A stretch of 56,091 nucleotides of DNA, the filler included, from Dirinaria sp. TL-2023a (Eukaryota): the NCBI GenBank assembly GCA_051941275.1. It is 4 parts of 4 records of this genome, joined end to end, with 100 filler letters (N's around TTAATTAATTAA, not from the genome) between each part and the next. Parts side by side here need not be neighbours in the genome. Positions count along the whole stretch, not along the records: positions 42,151 to 56,091 come from JAVEBF010000638.1; 3 more parts are not named here. The stretch is one strand, 5' to 3'. The position numbers and the translations under genes were made by a program. Below are positions 44,149-56,091 of the stretch, piece by piece (position 1 is the stretch's first letter; every line of letters starts with the position of its first letter). Under the pieces are notes generated by a model. The model did no database searches. It was not told where the DNA came from and worked only from the letters and a program-made list of their open reading frames with translations.

Positions 44149-46149
44149 ATGACCGAATATGACAAGCTCACTGTGGTGAAACTTAGAGAAGAGCTTGTCA
44201 AGCGTGGACTTCCTAAAACCGGTTTGAAAGCTGCCCTAATTCAACGCCTGGCCGAGTCGGACGTCCAAGCAGAGCAAGCGTCTTCTGTCGTACCTGCAGA
44301 CCAAGAAAATGAGCAAAGAAGTGCAGAAGAACCTTTGGTAACGGTAGATCCCACAGATCATGGAGAACCACCACCAACAACAGCTGTGAGCGATCAACAT
44401 CATGTGCCTCGCGAATCCAACACTCCACTCCACGCGAAGTCGAAGGAATCAACACCACAGGACTTAGCAGCGGGCGCTGATGCTGAGACTGTGAACGATG
44501 TTGAAGCTGGAGACGAATCAAAATCTCTTGGGCCAGGAAAATGGCCAGTTGATGCGCCGTCAGAAGCCGAAGCACAATTACAATCGCAAGATGATCAAGA
44601 TTCTTCGGCCATACCAAAATCCGGCGATGTTGGAGAATCTGCTCCAATACCTACCCAAGAATCAGCGGATATTCCGCGCGAAGACGCACCAAGCACCGCG
44701 ACGCGGTTGGAAGCTGAGGCAGCGTCGCAAGACCCACCAGCGTTATCTACGCAAGACTCGGTAATTGATGGGGCGGAGCTGAGGGAGGACAGGAACAAAA
44801 GAAAACGGAGAAGCCAAAGCCCACCACCATCATCTATCGAAACAGCGCAGAAACGAGCCAAAGCCGACGATGGCAGACCGCTAGTCAAGCTTCCCGAAGA
44901 TGAAACCAGCGTTGATAGGCTCGAGCAGCCTCTTACCACTATCAAGGATGCCGCTATGGAAGATGTTCCGACAAATGTTCGTCCGGAGGGGACCGAGGAG
45001 GACAAGCAAACTAATGGCCTGCCCAAGCAGGATACGGACAAGCTTGCTGACGAGCCGTCTTCAGCAAGGACGGGTGCTGATACCGTGAAACGAAGCCCGT
45101 CACGGTTGATAACACCTGATGTTGGACCGGCGAAGCCCTTTCAGGAGGATGAGGATTTGGCACAGCCACCATCTGCAACAATGCAGAAAGCGTCCCCTAC
45201 AGACACGAGATTCAAGAACTTATTCACTGGTCCATCAAAGCAAGAAAGCTCTCCAACACGTCCATTGCCTCCAACTGATAATGAAGATCGGGTAGTGGCT
45301 CCTGCCCTCCATCCAGCTACATCCGCCCTTTATATTCGCGACTTTATGCGTCCTTTGAACCCTGGCAATCTCAAAGACTACCTCATCGCACTTGCATCAC
45401 CTCCAGATACTGATCCTGATCCCGCGATCATCACCGAATTTTTCCTCGACTCAATCCGCACACATTGCCTCGTTGGATTAACAAATACATCTGCGGCTTC
45501 GAGAGTTCGATCGGGTCTACATGACCGTGTGTGGCCAGACGAGAAGACCAGAAAACCCTTGTGGGTGGATTTTGTTCCCGAAGAGAAGCTAAAGACATGG
45601 ATCAACGTTGAATCTGATGCGGCGGGCGACCGCAGACAAGGCATGAAGAAATGGGAAGTGGTCTACGAAGAGGAGAAAGGGGGTGTAATGGCATATCTGC
45701 AGGAGGCAGGACCCAACAGTGTTGCTCCGAGGACTGTCCAACCCCGGGCCGACAGTGGAACGGCCGTGCAGGCGCCCCATGGTCCGCGGGGCAGAGCTTC
45801 TGATGGGCGAGCGGGCGGAGCGGGTCCAGCGGCAACCCCGGAGGGTGGGAAAGCATTTGGGGCACTCGACGACCTCTTTCCTTCGACAACGGCGAAACCG
45901 AAGCTGTACTATCTCCCTGTCCCGCGCGATGTGGCCAACCGAAGGCTGGATCGTCTAGCAGATGGGCGGGGTGGTGGACGTGGGGACGAGATGCGGAGGT
46001 ACACATTCGAAGAAGCCACTCTGGTGGACAAAGGGCCGGAGTATGGAGCGCGAGCCAGGGGCGGCTATGGGGGAAGATCGGGGGGCTACGGGGCACATTC
46101 TTCCAGAGGTGGAAGCTATCGCGGCGATACGTGGAGAGGCCGCCGATAA
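44149..46149 (+). CDS. SAP-domain protein, Acinus-like (SAP + RRM-like region + RSB motif)
   Basis: N-terminal SAP YDKLTVVKLREELVKRGLPKTGLKAALIQRL; HPATSALYIRDFMRPL...FFLDSIRTHCLV...LHDRVWP; RSB-like LDDLFPSTTAKPKLYYLPV; RGG-rich tail. Confidence 0.85.
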   Translation: MTEYDKLTVVKLREELVKRGLPKTGLKAALIQRLAESDVQAEQASSVVPADQENEQRSAEEPLVTVDPTDHGEPPPTTAVSDQHHVPRESNTPLHAKSKESTPQDLAAGADAETVNDVEAGDESKSLGPGKWPVDAPSEAEAQLQSQDDQDSSAIPKSGDVGESAPIPTQESADIPREDAPSTATRLEAEAASQDPPALSTQDSVIDGAELREDRNKRKRRSQSPPPSSIETAQKRAKADDGRPLVKLPEDETSVDRLEQPLTTIKDAAMEDVPTNVRPEGTEEDKQTNGLPKQDTDKLADEPSSARTGADTVKRSPSRLITPDVGPAKPFQEDEDLAQPPSATMQKASPTDTRFKNLFTGPSKQESSPTRPLPPTDNEDRVVAPALHPATSALYIRDFMRPLNPGNLKDYLIALASPPDTDPDPAIITEFFLDSIRTHCLVGLTNTSAASRVRSGLHDRVWPDEKTRKPLWVDFVPEEKLKTWINVESDAAGDRRQGMKKWEVVYEEEKGGVMAYLQEAGPNSVAPRTVQPRADSGTAVQAPHGPRGRASDGRAGGAGPAATPEGGKAFGALDDLFPSTTAKPKLYYLPVPRDVANRRLDRLADGRGGGRGDEMRRYTFEEATLVDKGPEYGARARGGYGGRSGGYGAHSSRGGSYRGDTWRGRR

Positions 46150-46925
46150 AGAGGAGCGCATCCTCAAAAAACCCTTATCGAATTCATAACCACAATAGGG
46201 TACATCCGATCAATGCAATTTCATGGGAGAATAATATAAAATTCCGATGATGTTCACATTAGATTTAATTGGCCTGTTAAGGATTTGGTTCGGATACGTG
46301 GATTGAGTTTTACTGCTGCATCATCTCACATGCTTTTTCCCATTAGCCACTTCAGGGGGAGGCTTAGGCGACTCTGGGGAAAAAAGGAGCCTCAGATGGG
46401 CTAACCCGAAAGCGGTCATGGTGTGGCGATGCTCCAGAACTTCTCTCTTTTACCCTTAGATTCCCCGTGTTCTAAGCCGGCTACTGCAGTTGAAGTTGGA
46501 TCTTGAATGTGATGCAGCTTCGATCGTGCCCAGCGACTGAATCTTTACAATCTGTATCTCCTTGGACTTCCCACGACAAGGCGATACCTGACTAAGCCAA
46601 TCTAAGCCAGGAAACATTACACGAGCCAGGCGGCAGCCCGGGATACCACGAATCGCTGCGCTGTTGGAGGCGCGGGACGTCCTCGAGATATCTGAGACCA
46701 CGTTGGGGAGGCTGTGGCCTGTCCTAATTATTGGAACGGTTTCTCGAGGACGATACCTTTGATCCTGTAAGACAATACCATTGATCGGCCATCTTGCGAT
46801 CCATAAATACCGTTGCCGCACCACGAACATTTAGAAGAGCAGCGCTCGGCGCTTAGATCATATCGATATCACTTTCGCCTTCGCTGCTTGCGGTCAAGGA
46901 GGCGTAGCCGATCATCATCAACACG

Positions 46926-48846
46926 ATGGGGTGGCCTAAGTGCAACAGCACCATGGAGCGAGAGAGCAGTATGTCATGGGCCCCTCCAAGCATCCTTCCT
47001 TTGTGCTGCAATCGCTAACCAGGCATTCCAGTTCAAGAACTTCCGATATGGAAAAAGGTACAGTTCCACCATATCGGGCTGGTCATATCTGCCATCTTTG
47101 GTCTCATCGCGATCCTGATGTCGTGGTACCTCATCTGGCGTCATGCCACGCATTACCTTAAACCATGGGAACAACGGCACATCATCCGCGTCCTGTTCCT
47201 CGTACCCATTTACGCCACTGTTTCCTTCTTGTCCTACTACTTCTACCACCGCTCCGTTTACTTCGACACCATTCGGGACTGCTACGAAGCGTTCGCGATT
47301 GCGAGCTTTTTTGCGCTGCTCTGCCATTACATTGCGCCGGACCTGCACAACCAGAAAGATTACTTCCGAGGACTAAGACCAAGGTCGTGGGTGTGGCCAT
47401 TGAGTTGGTTCCGGAAATGCTGTGGTGGAGAACGTGGGATATGGAGAACACCCAGAAGCGGTTTGACCTGGTTTAACGTGAGTGGCTATCAGAAACCCGG
47501 TAGCTCGTGGAGAGTTAAGCTGACGCTGGAGATAGATCATTTGGCTTGGAGTGTTCCAATACTGCTTTGTCCGGGTGTTTATGACGATAGTGGCAGTGAT
47601 AACGGAAGCTGTAGGGTATTACTGCTTGGAATCATTGAACCCTGCCTTTGCGCATGTTTGGGTATGTACCCCTAACCAACCAACGAAGAGACGAGTCATA
47701 GCCAGCTAATCATTTCTGTAGGTCATGGTGATCGAAGGTGTCTGCGTGACTATAGCCATGTACTGCCTCATCCAATTCTACATCCAACTAAAGAACGATC
47801 TGAGCGAGCACCAACCGCTGCTTAAAGTCGCCGCCATCAAACTCGTCATCTTCCTCTCCTTCTGGCAAACTATCATCATCTCCTTTCTCACCTCTACAGG
47901 CGCCATCAAATCCTCTCCCCACATCACCGACCCAGACATCAAAGTCGGCCTCCCTTCAATGCTGCTGTGCATCGAGATGGCTATCTTCAGTGTTTTCCAC
48001 CTCTGGGCTTTCCCATGGAGGCCCTACGATGTCAAGCGATCCGCGCTCGTGGCGTCAGAATCGGCGCCCGGTTATTTGCCCGACCCCAAGACTGCGTATC
48101 AGGGCGGTCCCTTCGGCGTCAAGGCACTGATGGACGCGTTCAACCCGTGGGATCTAGTCAAAGCCGTCGCCCGAGGGTTCCGCTGGTACGCCGTAGGGCG
48201 AAAGACGAGAGAGCAGGATATCTCGTACAAAGGCTCCGTTGACCGTGGCAGCGGCTTTGAGCCATCTCGGAGCCACGATCTGAACGGGCCTTGGCGAACA
48301 GACGGTTCGTTCGACAACCAACCTCGGCCATTCGGGGCTACCGCCAAGAGCCCAGGCCGTTATCAGCCGCTCAGCGAGGAAGAAGACGACCAGCTCCTTG
48401 CACATGCGCAATCGAATCCCCAGTCTCATCCCGCTGCTCTTGGTACTGCTACTAATGATGACACCACCTACCCACGTCCGATGATCCGCCACCCCACGCC
48501 GCCGCCCAATAGCCGCACGCCCGCTGCAGCAAACGACGCTTCGGATCTCTACTTGTCCAAACCCGATCATCTACCTACTAATCCCACTCCAGCTGCTTTT
48601 GGGCGTGACCAGCACGATGGAGCTGGCCAGGCGCCCATGTTGCGGGAAGAAGAAGATATAAGTTACCATGGGGCAGGAACCCTGCCTGCGTCCCATGAAC
48701 CTGCACCAAGCTATCTCTACCAGAGCGATCCCCCGCTACCGCATACAAGAGGTGGCGGCGGTGCCGAGTGGGATGTGTGGGGAAGCGGCGGGCAGCATCA
48801 TACAGATCACGGGACCGATAGGAGGGACTTTGCATCTGGTTATTGA
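46926..48846 (+). CDS. TMEM184/organic solute transporter alpha (DUF300) family membrane protein, 4 exons
   Basis: Exons 46926-46968, 47032-47477, 47536-47661, 47722-48846. HATHYLKPWEQRHIIRVLFLVPIY, RDCYEAFAIASFF, IAMYCLIQFY, KLVIFLSFWQ, LLCIEMAIF...AFPW. Confidence 0.9.
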
Positions 48847-50333
48847 GCCCAGCCCTTGTTGCGCCTTTCTAATATGGCCCCTGCTTGGAAGTTAGCCTGC
48901 ATGATTTTTCTTTGTACGAGTACCATCATCTGGTTTTGAGGAGCGAGGCGCTAAGGAGTTATATTGCATACCGACCGAGAATGGGTCGGCAGAAGCATGA
49001 TGAGCGGGCAGTTGTCTGATATGAAAACCTTTTTGAGATAGCTGATGGTTTTTGTTGCTCAGAAATGAGTATGAGGTACCCGTATATAGGTGAAGCAATG
49101 AGAAAGCACAAAATTCAAAGATGAAGCCTTCTCTGCTGCGTGGTTCTCACTTGATCCGAAGCAGTCATTTACCTTACGAACTACCGATAGGTAGCCACTG
49201 CCCGCACCTCAACCCATTTTGATGATATGTAAGCCCCTAGAATACCGTGCTACTCCATCATTAGCAGATATTAGCTACTACGAGCTTGAAGCTTCCCAAA
49301 ATTGTTCGACGTTGGGGAAGGGACGAGGAATGTAGTCTACGGCAGCTCATTGAGAATCACGTGATTAGGGTTTCTTTCAAAGAAGCGAAATAACTCCTAC
49401 CTCCTATTGTCGCGTTGCTCTATAAATGTTGAATTTATGACTGCGTGTTATCCGGGGTAGATTGATAGAAGCAACATACTTACTCTCGTCTTCCTTTTTC
49501 TGTGCTCTGATACGTGGAGGGTGATCTTGTTTTTCTTTCTTTTTCTCTTTGTTGGTCGATGGCAACTACGGTAAGTGTCTCTGCCTGATAGCACACTGCA
49601 AGCTGCGTATCTACCTTCACTGCATTCTCTAGCATCGTCGAGGTCCTATAGAAAGCTTCGCTTCACATAATATCGGCAGGAAATTGTGAGCTAACATGTG
49701 ACTTAAGGAAATGCTCTCCTTGAAGTTTGGCTTCCCATTAATTCGAGAGTTTTATGATAGCAAATGGTCTAGTTCTGCGCTGACGTTCATATAATCTTGC
49801 TAGCTAACGCTAGGACTCAGCCGAGAATGGCATTATCGGCTGTTCAGTTTTCGCTCTGATTCAAATAGTCACTTGAACAACACTTTCGGAGTTGTATGGA
49901 GCAAACAGCTACAAATGAAAAATCATATGTATGAGATAGCGCAGAATACGACGTGAGTTGCTCAGAAGCTACCTTCGCCTCTTCCGAAAACCTGATGAAA
50001 CGATCATGAGAGAAGAGTTGAGCTACTAGGTCTTGAGGTGGTTGAGCTTAGTGAGGCCTCTAGAAATTATTTCTTTTTGTTTAGACTTTACAGGCATACT
50101 ATCAGCGAGTCTGATATCTTTAGGGTCTCTGGTGGGTCAGCTTTCCAGCGATTCTATGAGCTGCCTATACATAGTCTCAACTGCTCTCAATTGAGGACCT
50201 GATGATAGCTTCAAGCTGGCGGGCGTCCTATGAAACTGGACGAAGAATTTCCACCGGAATCAGTCGTGCCAGTTCAGCTTCATTTAATGCAGGATACAGA
50301 GTTCAGCCATGGCAGCGAGGGCATGATCCGTAC

Positions 50334-50380
50334 TTTTTTTCTCTCTTTTTTTTCTTTTTTTTTTTTTTTTTTTTTTTTTT
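50334..50380 (+). repeat. Long poly(T)/pyrimidine tract
   Basis: Directly visible. Confidence 0.9.
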
Positions 50381-51095
50381 GAAAAGAGAACATCATAGGC
50401 AAGTACCAGCCTATTGTCAATCCTAGCAACTGGTTGTCAGACGTGCTTTACCAAGATAGACAAGTGCGCGTTTTGTCTGTTCGGAACTCCTCACTGTTCC
50501 TGAGTAGATGCTCTTGGCCTGTGCGAACGTTGGGAAGGGCAGCATGGAAATGCACGCTTACAACCTCTCGCAAGATGTACTGCAATCCTCATTGCCTGTT
50601 CAAGTCAGACAAGGTGATATAAGACTCTAGTGTCTAAAAGCCAACAAGGGAATGCGTAACGACTAGCTGAGGAGGATTGCACTGACTACAGCGCACTGCA
50701 AGGTCTGCACCGGAATGCAGGTAACTTGGTCGAGGCCTCTCTATATCTATTCATTATTGGCTGCATGGCTTTGGGTTGGGGCAAGAACTCGCGAGGAATC
50801 CAACCTGCGGTAGATACTTTTAAGCTACGAACTGGCGGCTGTGGCGCATGTAAGGCATTCCTCAAGCCTCCGAATCTGGCTTCAGCTACCCTCATTCAGC
50901 TCCCCATTTCATTATACTTTCGCATCTTAACTTCCCACGTTTATGCACGTACATGAGTCTCGGCTTACAAATTTTCTGATCTTTGCCCGCCTCCCGGTCC
51001 CTTCGCAATCGCATGGTTCCCAGCTCTCAACCATACCAGCACTCCTTTAGCCTGATCACTCTTTCCATGCGCTGGTCATTGCGCTGCGTGTTAGC

Positions 51096-53137
51096 ATGGA
51101 GACTTTCCGGCCTACCAGAGCATCGTTGTCACCTGACGACGCCATAATCTCCAGGTGCGTGTTATTGATCTCCCTTGATTTTCAGCTGGCACTGACAATG
51201 ACAACGTAGAGCTGGCCAAGTCTACGACCCGGATTTGGGTGGCTACAGACCTCAGCGCTTCTCTTTCGCCTCTACCGGAACTTCAGTGTCTTGGGATCCT
51301 TTCGATTTTAATCCTGCTTCTATAAGGTCGTCTACTTCTTCCTACGCAAGCATCGCATCAACACCATCCTTCTACTATTCGACTGCGCAAACTAGTCCAG
51401 CGTCCCTCATAGGATCTCAGAGGTCATCCTATGTGCCACCGTATTCTACACAGCAGAAGCTCAGGTCGACTGCTCCGCCTACACCGGTCTTCCAGCGTTT
51501 GCCTCCAGCAGTTTATGATTGCATCCTAGTACAGTTGAGAGCGTTTCATGAAGACTCTTCTTCATTGAGCTGTCAGACATGCCTATTGCGGGATTTGTGC
51601 GCTTTGGCTTTGGTCAGCCGCAAGTGGGATCGAGCAGTCAGACCGCGTTTGTGTGTAGAACATTACCCTCAAAGAATGTATCAAGAAGCTGACAGATCAA
51701 TTACCCAGGTACGAACGGATATATATAGCCGGTAACGACCATGCCCTGCAACTCAAGAAATTCAAGATGAAGTCCAGTGTGCGCTTAAAGCTGCTTAGGC
51801 GGACGCTGAGGGAAAGAAGGGCTCTGGCACAGCATGTGATAGAATTCAAGCCGCCGAGACTGTATCCGGACGAAGAGCTGCAAGGAAAAGAAATCATAGA
51901 TATCGTTGCTTCGATAGTAATGTCTTGTCCAAACTTGGAAAGATTAGTCGGATTCTATCCCCTGTACAATCATGAGTTCGATCGGTTAACGTATGCTTTA
52001 TCGACCCGGAGAAAGCTGAAAGAACATATATGGATTATGGGGCAGAATAGTGCGATTACGCAGAGATCTCTGAAACAGCTACCGCCCGGATTGATGGATC
52101 AGCAACAAGTCGACGATTTCCTGCAATACCACTACCAATGGACGTCTCTCACCACATTATTTTTGCATTCTCACCAGGGCGGTATCCTGGAGCGTGATGT
52201 ATTTTCCACCGTACTCCAGCAGCTCCCATCTTTACAGCATCTCAGCATTTCTAATTTTGATATTGACGACTTTGACGACATTGTATTACAAGACCTTCCG
52301 CCTCTGCAATCCCTCCGTCTCCAAGACCTTGAGGGGGTCACATACCGCGGTCTTTTGGATTTCGCGCGCTCAGCGTCGGCTCAGTCTCTTCGAAGTTTAT
52401 CTCTTATCCATTTGGACATCGCATACTTTTCCACCATCAGCACTCTCCTCCTTTACCTTCGAGATCTAAGGCGTTTCACCCTCGTCCAAGAATCACCACC
52501 TGTTATCCCTTCTGATGAACTCATTTTCCAACCCATCGTCGGCTCCCTCTCTCTGACCTATATCCACTGGGACATACTCCGATCAGGCACTGCGAACTCA
52601 AACCTCGCGTCCTCTATCCTTGCCAACGGTTTCCCTTCTCTACGCACTATCCGCGCCCCTTCTGACCACGACGGCCTGCTCCAGAGCCTCTGCCGCCCTC
52701 GAGCCAATATACTCATAGCAAGCGATAAATACAGCAAAGCGTACCGCAATGCGCACAATTCCACACACTCCGATACTCTCAGCCTCAATCTCTTCGAGGC
52801 ACGCAAAGCAGCCCAAGCACGCATTGACGAGGCTCGCAAAAGAATTGATTTCCACGTCACGGTAGAAGAAGATGGCCAGGTCATGGAGTGTTATGATTTC
52901 GAGGGATTCATGGGTACAGTCGGCAGCAAAATCTGGTACACGCTTGAGCCCGATGTGCAGGGGAGTGATGATGCCTTGATCGATATCGGGGATTTAATGA
53001 GTGGAGGGAGAGAGAGGGAAACGGGTAAGGACGGGTGTACAGGCCTGTGGAATGCGAGCCATCACGGGGGCAAGAAATGGTGGAGTCACTCGGAAAGATG
53101 GCGTTATCAGAGCATTGATCTCAGGAGGTTCTTTTGA
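51096..53137 (+). CDS. F-box-like / RNI-type leucine-rich repeat protein, 3 exons
   Basis: Exons 51096-51154, 51210-51650, 51709-53137. F-box-like FQRLPPAVYDCILVQL...RDLCALALVSRKWDRAVRPRLYERI, then LxxLxL repeats (CPNLERLVG, LPSLQHLSIS, LPPLQSLRL, FPSLRTIR). Confidence 0.8.
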
Positions 53138-53535
53138 ACCCTCGCCGAATGAAGCATCTGGAAGTTAAGGCTTCTGAAGGAATATGTATGTGATGTATCT
53201 GATTTCTTGTTGATATATGGCGCTTTTTGATGATACAAGTTTTGGCTTGACAATGTCTATACATCTTGGAACATTTGGCTTTGGAATTTAAATAGGAGGA
53301 TAATTTTACTAGCAATGTATATTGATTGATATCCCTGAACTAGGTCTTTATGATACATTTTATAGGTCCCTTGAATTAAAGCAATCTATTAGCCCTAGAT
53401 TTAGCGGTCTATGTAGCTGGAGACCTGGGGGTCACATATTGTCGTACTTTCTACGTCCTAGCTTGGATCAGCAGTGAACATTGCCCCTCAGATATCTGTG
53501 AGATTATGCTGAACGAACAAAAAGGAAATTCAGAG

Positions 53536-53607
53536 CGATACCGACGAGATTCGAACTCGCAATCTTTGCCACCGGAAAGCAACGCCTTGCCATTAGGCCA
53601 CGGTACC
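53536..53607 (-). tRNA. tRNA-Arg(CCG), intronless
   Basis: GGTACCG TG GCCT AATGGCA AGGC G TTGCT TT-CCG-GT GGCAA AGATT GCGAG TTCGAAT CTCGT CGGTATC G folds into a 72-nt cloverleaf; a T5 Pol III terminator lies downstream (53519-53523). Confidence 0.95.
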
Positions 53608-53878
53608 AACCAATCACATTCACAGCGCTATTACAAATTATAATTTATCTTTCAAAGAGAAGTGAGCGCCAAGAGATCCAGGATTACTGACGCGACAGGC
53701 AGCTCTGTACGTAAGCTCGATGATTTGAGCTTCAATCTACGCCCATATTTCGAAACTACTATCCTCTCCTCCGCCAGCCTCCTACGTCGCGCTTTACATT
53801 AACTTCGCTCATACATTGTTGACGCTTCTTCCACCAACCTGAGTTCCCCTCCAAAACCCCCCCTACACACCCGCCGCA

Positions 53879-55588
53879 ATGTCGACCTTAGAAGACTTAG
53901 ACGACATGGAGCGCGAGCGCAAGGATGAGAAGAAAGACTCCAGCGAGGACGGCGATAAAGATCCATCGAAACCTTCGGGAGACAGCGATGCCGAGATGAA
54001 AGATGCCAAAGACGAGGAAAAGGAGGAAGATATACTGGATGCCGAGGTCCTACATTCATCTACTCGGAATCTGAAAATGATGAAACGGCTGCTGGAGAAC
54101 CATTTGAGGGTCATGAAGAGCGAGCACCAGCGTTTGACGCATGAGCAAGCGGCTATGAAGGAGAAGATCAAGGATAATTTGGAGAAGATCGAGAATAATC
54201 GGTCGGTCTCCCTCCTCTCTGCTGTTGCTTTCTATGATCTGTTGCTACGTTTACCTTCATCACAACGGTTTCAGGTACAGGATACTGATGGCGGCGCTCA
54301 TAGACAATTACCATATCTAGTAGGTAACGTCGTCGAACTGTTAGACCTTGATGTCGAGAAAGAAGCCGCCGAAGAAGGGGCCAACATCGATCTGGACGCT
54401 ACACGTGTGGGCAAATCCGCGGTCATCAAGACATCTACCCGCCAAACCATCTTCCTCCCTCTCATCGGACTCGTCGATCATACCGCACTAAAACCCGGCG
54501 ATCTGATAGGTGTCAATAAAGATTCCTACCTTGTGCTCGACACTCTGCCAGCTGAGTACGATAGCAGGGTCAAGGCGATGGAGGTAGATGAGAAGCCTAC
54601 GGAGAAATATACAGATGTCGGAGGCTTGGACAAACAGATCGAGGAGCTGGTGGAGGCGGTGGTATGGCCGATGCAGCAGGCGGAGCTGTTCAAGAAGATT
54701 GGCATCAAGGCTCCCAAAGGTACGTCTCCCTGGTACACCACTTCTTTGAACATTCTACACATCTCTCACCCCAATGAATTTTCTCAGCACTCGGTCTCCT
54801 ATGTGCTATCCTAGAAGAACCTCACTAATACCTGCGCATCAGGAGCACTCATGTACGGTCCCCCCGGCACAGGCAAGACTCTGCTCGCGCGGGCCTGTGC
54901 CGCCCAGACGAACGCCACGTTCCTCAAACTCGCCGGGCCTCAACTAGTGCAAATGTTCATCGGAGACGGCGCGAAGCTCGTCCGAGATTGTTTCGCGCTG
55001 GCGAAAGAAAAAGCGCCGGCGATCATCTTCATCGACGAGCTGGACGCCGTGGGCACGAAACGGTTCGACAGCGAGAAGAGCGGCGACCGCGAAGTGCAGC
55101 GCACGATGCTGGAACTGCTCAACCAGCTCGACGGGTTCGCGAGCGATGACCGGGTCAAGGTGCTCGCTGCCACGAACCGCGTCGACGTGCTGGATCCGGC
55201 ATTGCTCCGGTCGGGGAGGTTGGACCGCAAAATCGAGTTCCCGCTGCCAAACGAGGAGGCGCGGGCGCAGATCTTGAAGATCCACAGCCGCAAGATGACG
55301 GTGGATGAAGGTGTCAACTGGCCCGAGCTGGCGCGGAGCACGGACGAGTTCGGGGGCGCCCAGTTGAAGGCTGTGTGTGTGGAGGCCGGCATGATTGCGT
55401 TGAGGAAAGGGCAGGCGCGCATCGGGCACGAGCATTATGTCGATGCGATTGCGGAGGTGCAGGCGAAGAAGAAGGTCAGATACTTACCTTCTTATTCCTA
55501 TATGCCCATTCCAGGGGGAAAAAAAAAAAAAAAAGAAAAGAAAAATACTAACCGCATCAACCAGGACACCGCGAATTTCTACGCCTAG
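53879..55588 (+). CDS. RPT5: 26S proteasome AAA-ATPase subunit Rpt5 (6A/TBP1), 4 exons
   Basis: Introns 54202-54303, 54720-54842, 55475-55564. [26 protein letters not shown], Walker A GPPGTGKT, Walker B IIFIDELD, second region of homology [16 protein letters not shown], and C-terminal HbYX tail FYA. Confidence 0.97.
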
Positions 55589-56091
55589 AATCCCGCAACC
55601 AACTCCCCAAAAAAAGACCCAAACCAGCATAAAATAAGCATTTCCAAGGCGTTCCTCCCCCCTTTTTCCCTCCAGCAGCATCAGCACCCAAAGGGAATAG
55701 ATAAATAAAATGTACCTTAATCTTAACCTCTAGACGTCTTATCAAAGTGCATATCCCATCCAATTGCACAAAAAACCCGCCTTACCATGAATTTTTCTTT
55801 TTTCTTTTTCAAAAAATCTCCAAGGTTTGGACATTGGAACTCCTATCTATTTATCTATATACAGTATGCCTCTCTCTCTCCCCCCCCCCAACAATATAAG
55901 AAAAAAAAAATCTCAGAGACTTTCTCAGATAGATAGATAAAGCTAAGCTACCTACCCTTTTCTCGTGTACGAGGTACCTTGTAGTAGACAGAGAAATAGA
56001 AATAGAAGTGTACTTAATATTCAAGGATAAATATGGAAGTCGGTATGCTAGTAGACAAGAGTGAAACAGCTTCATATCCCGACAAAAGAGG

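Noticed and set aside
24362..55588. Apparent clustering of ubiquitin-proteasome genes (PUP2, F-box-like, RPT5)
   Set aside because: PUP2 is on a different, artificially concatenated contig from the other two.

Overview
Gene-dense genomic DNA from a filamentous ascomycete (Pezizomycotina-type short GT-AG introns with CTRAY/CTGAG branch sites). The window is not one locus. It holds four ~13.94-13.96 kb contigs in descending size order, joined by identical artificial 100-nt linkers (N44-TTAATTAATTAA-N44), so adjacency across linkers is meaningless. Contig 1: MMS22/Mus7 (missed by the ORF track), a small disrupted gene resembling a phage/virus hypothetical-protein family, BET4, and an Ama1/Cdc20-type APC/C activator. 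Contig 2: PAP2_3/AUR1-like membrane protein, MTR10, SmE, FAU1, a Pho80/Pcl cyclin, PUP2 and GCP2/Alp4 (truncated). Contig 3 is accessory-like: CorA-like membrane protein, an orphan with a 165-bp triple repeat, a C2H2 transcription factor, an orphan with a C-terminal Cys cluster, a decayed gene, and SWC5 (truncated). Contig 4: second PKA catalytic subunit, Acinus-like SAP protein, TMEM184/OST-alpha, F-box/LRR-like protein, tRNA-Arg(CCG) and RPT5. The most striking observation is that the conserved PFRVLDAP motif of the Ama1-like gene is restored exactly by removing a 48-nt AT-AC intron with a U2-like donor (ATAAGT...GCAC); retaining it gives an immediate stop. All family assignments come from recognising motifs by eye, not from database searches.
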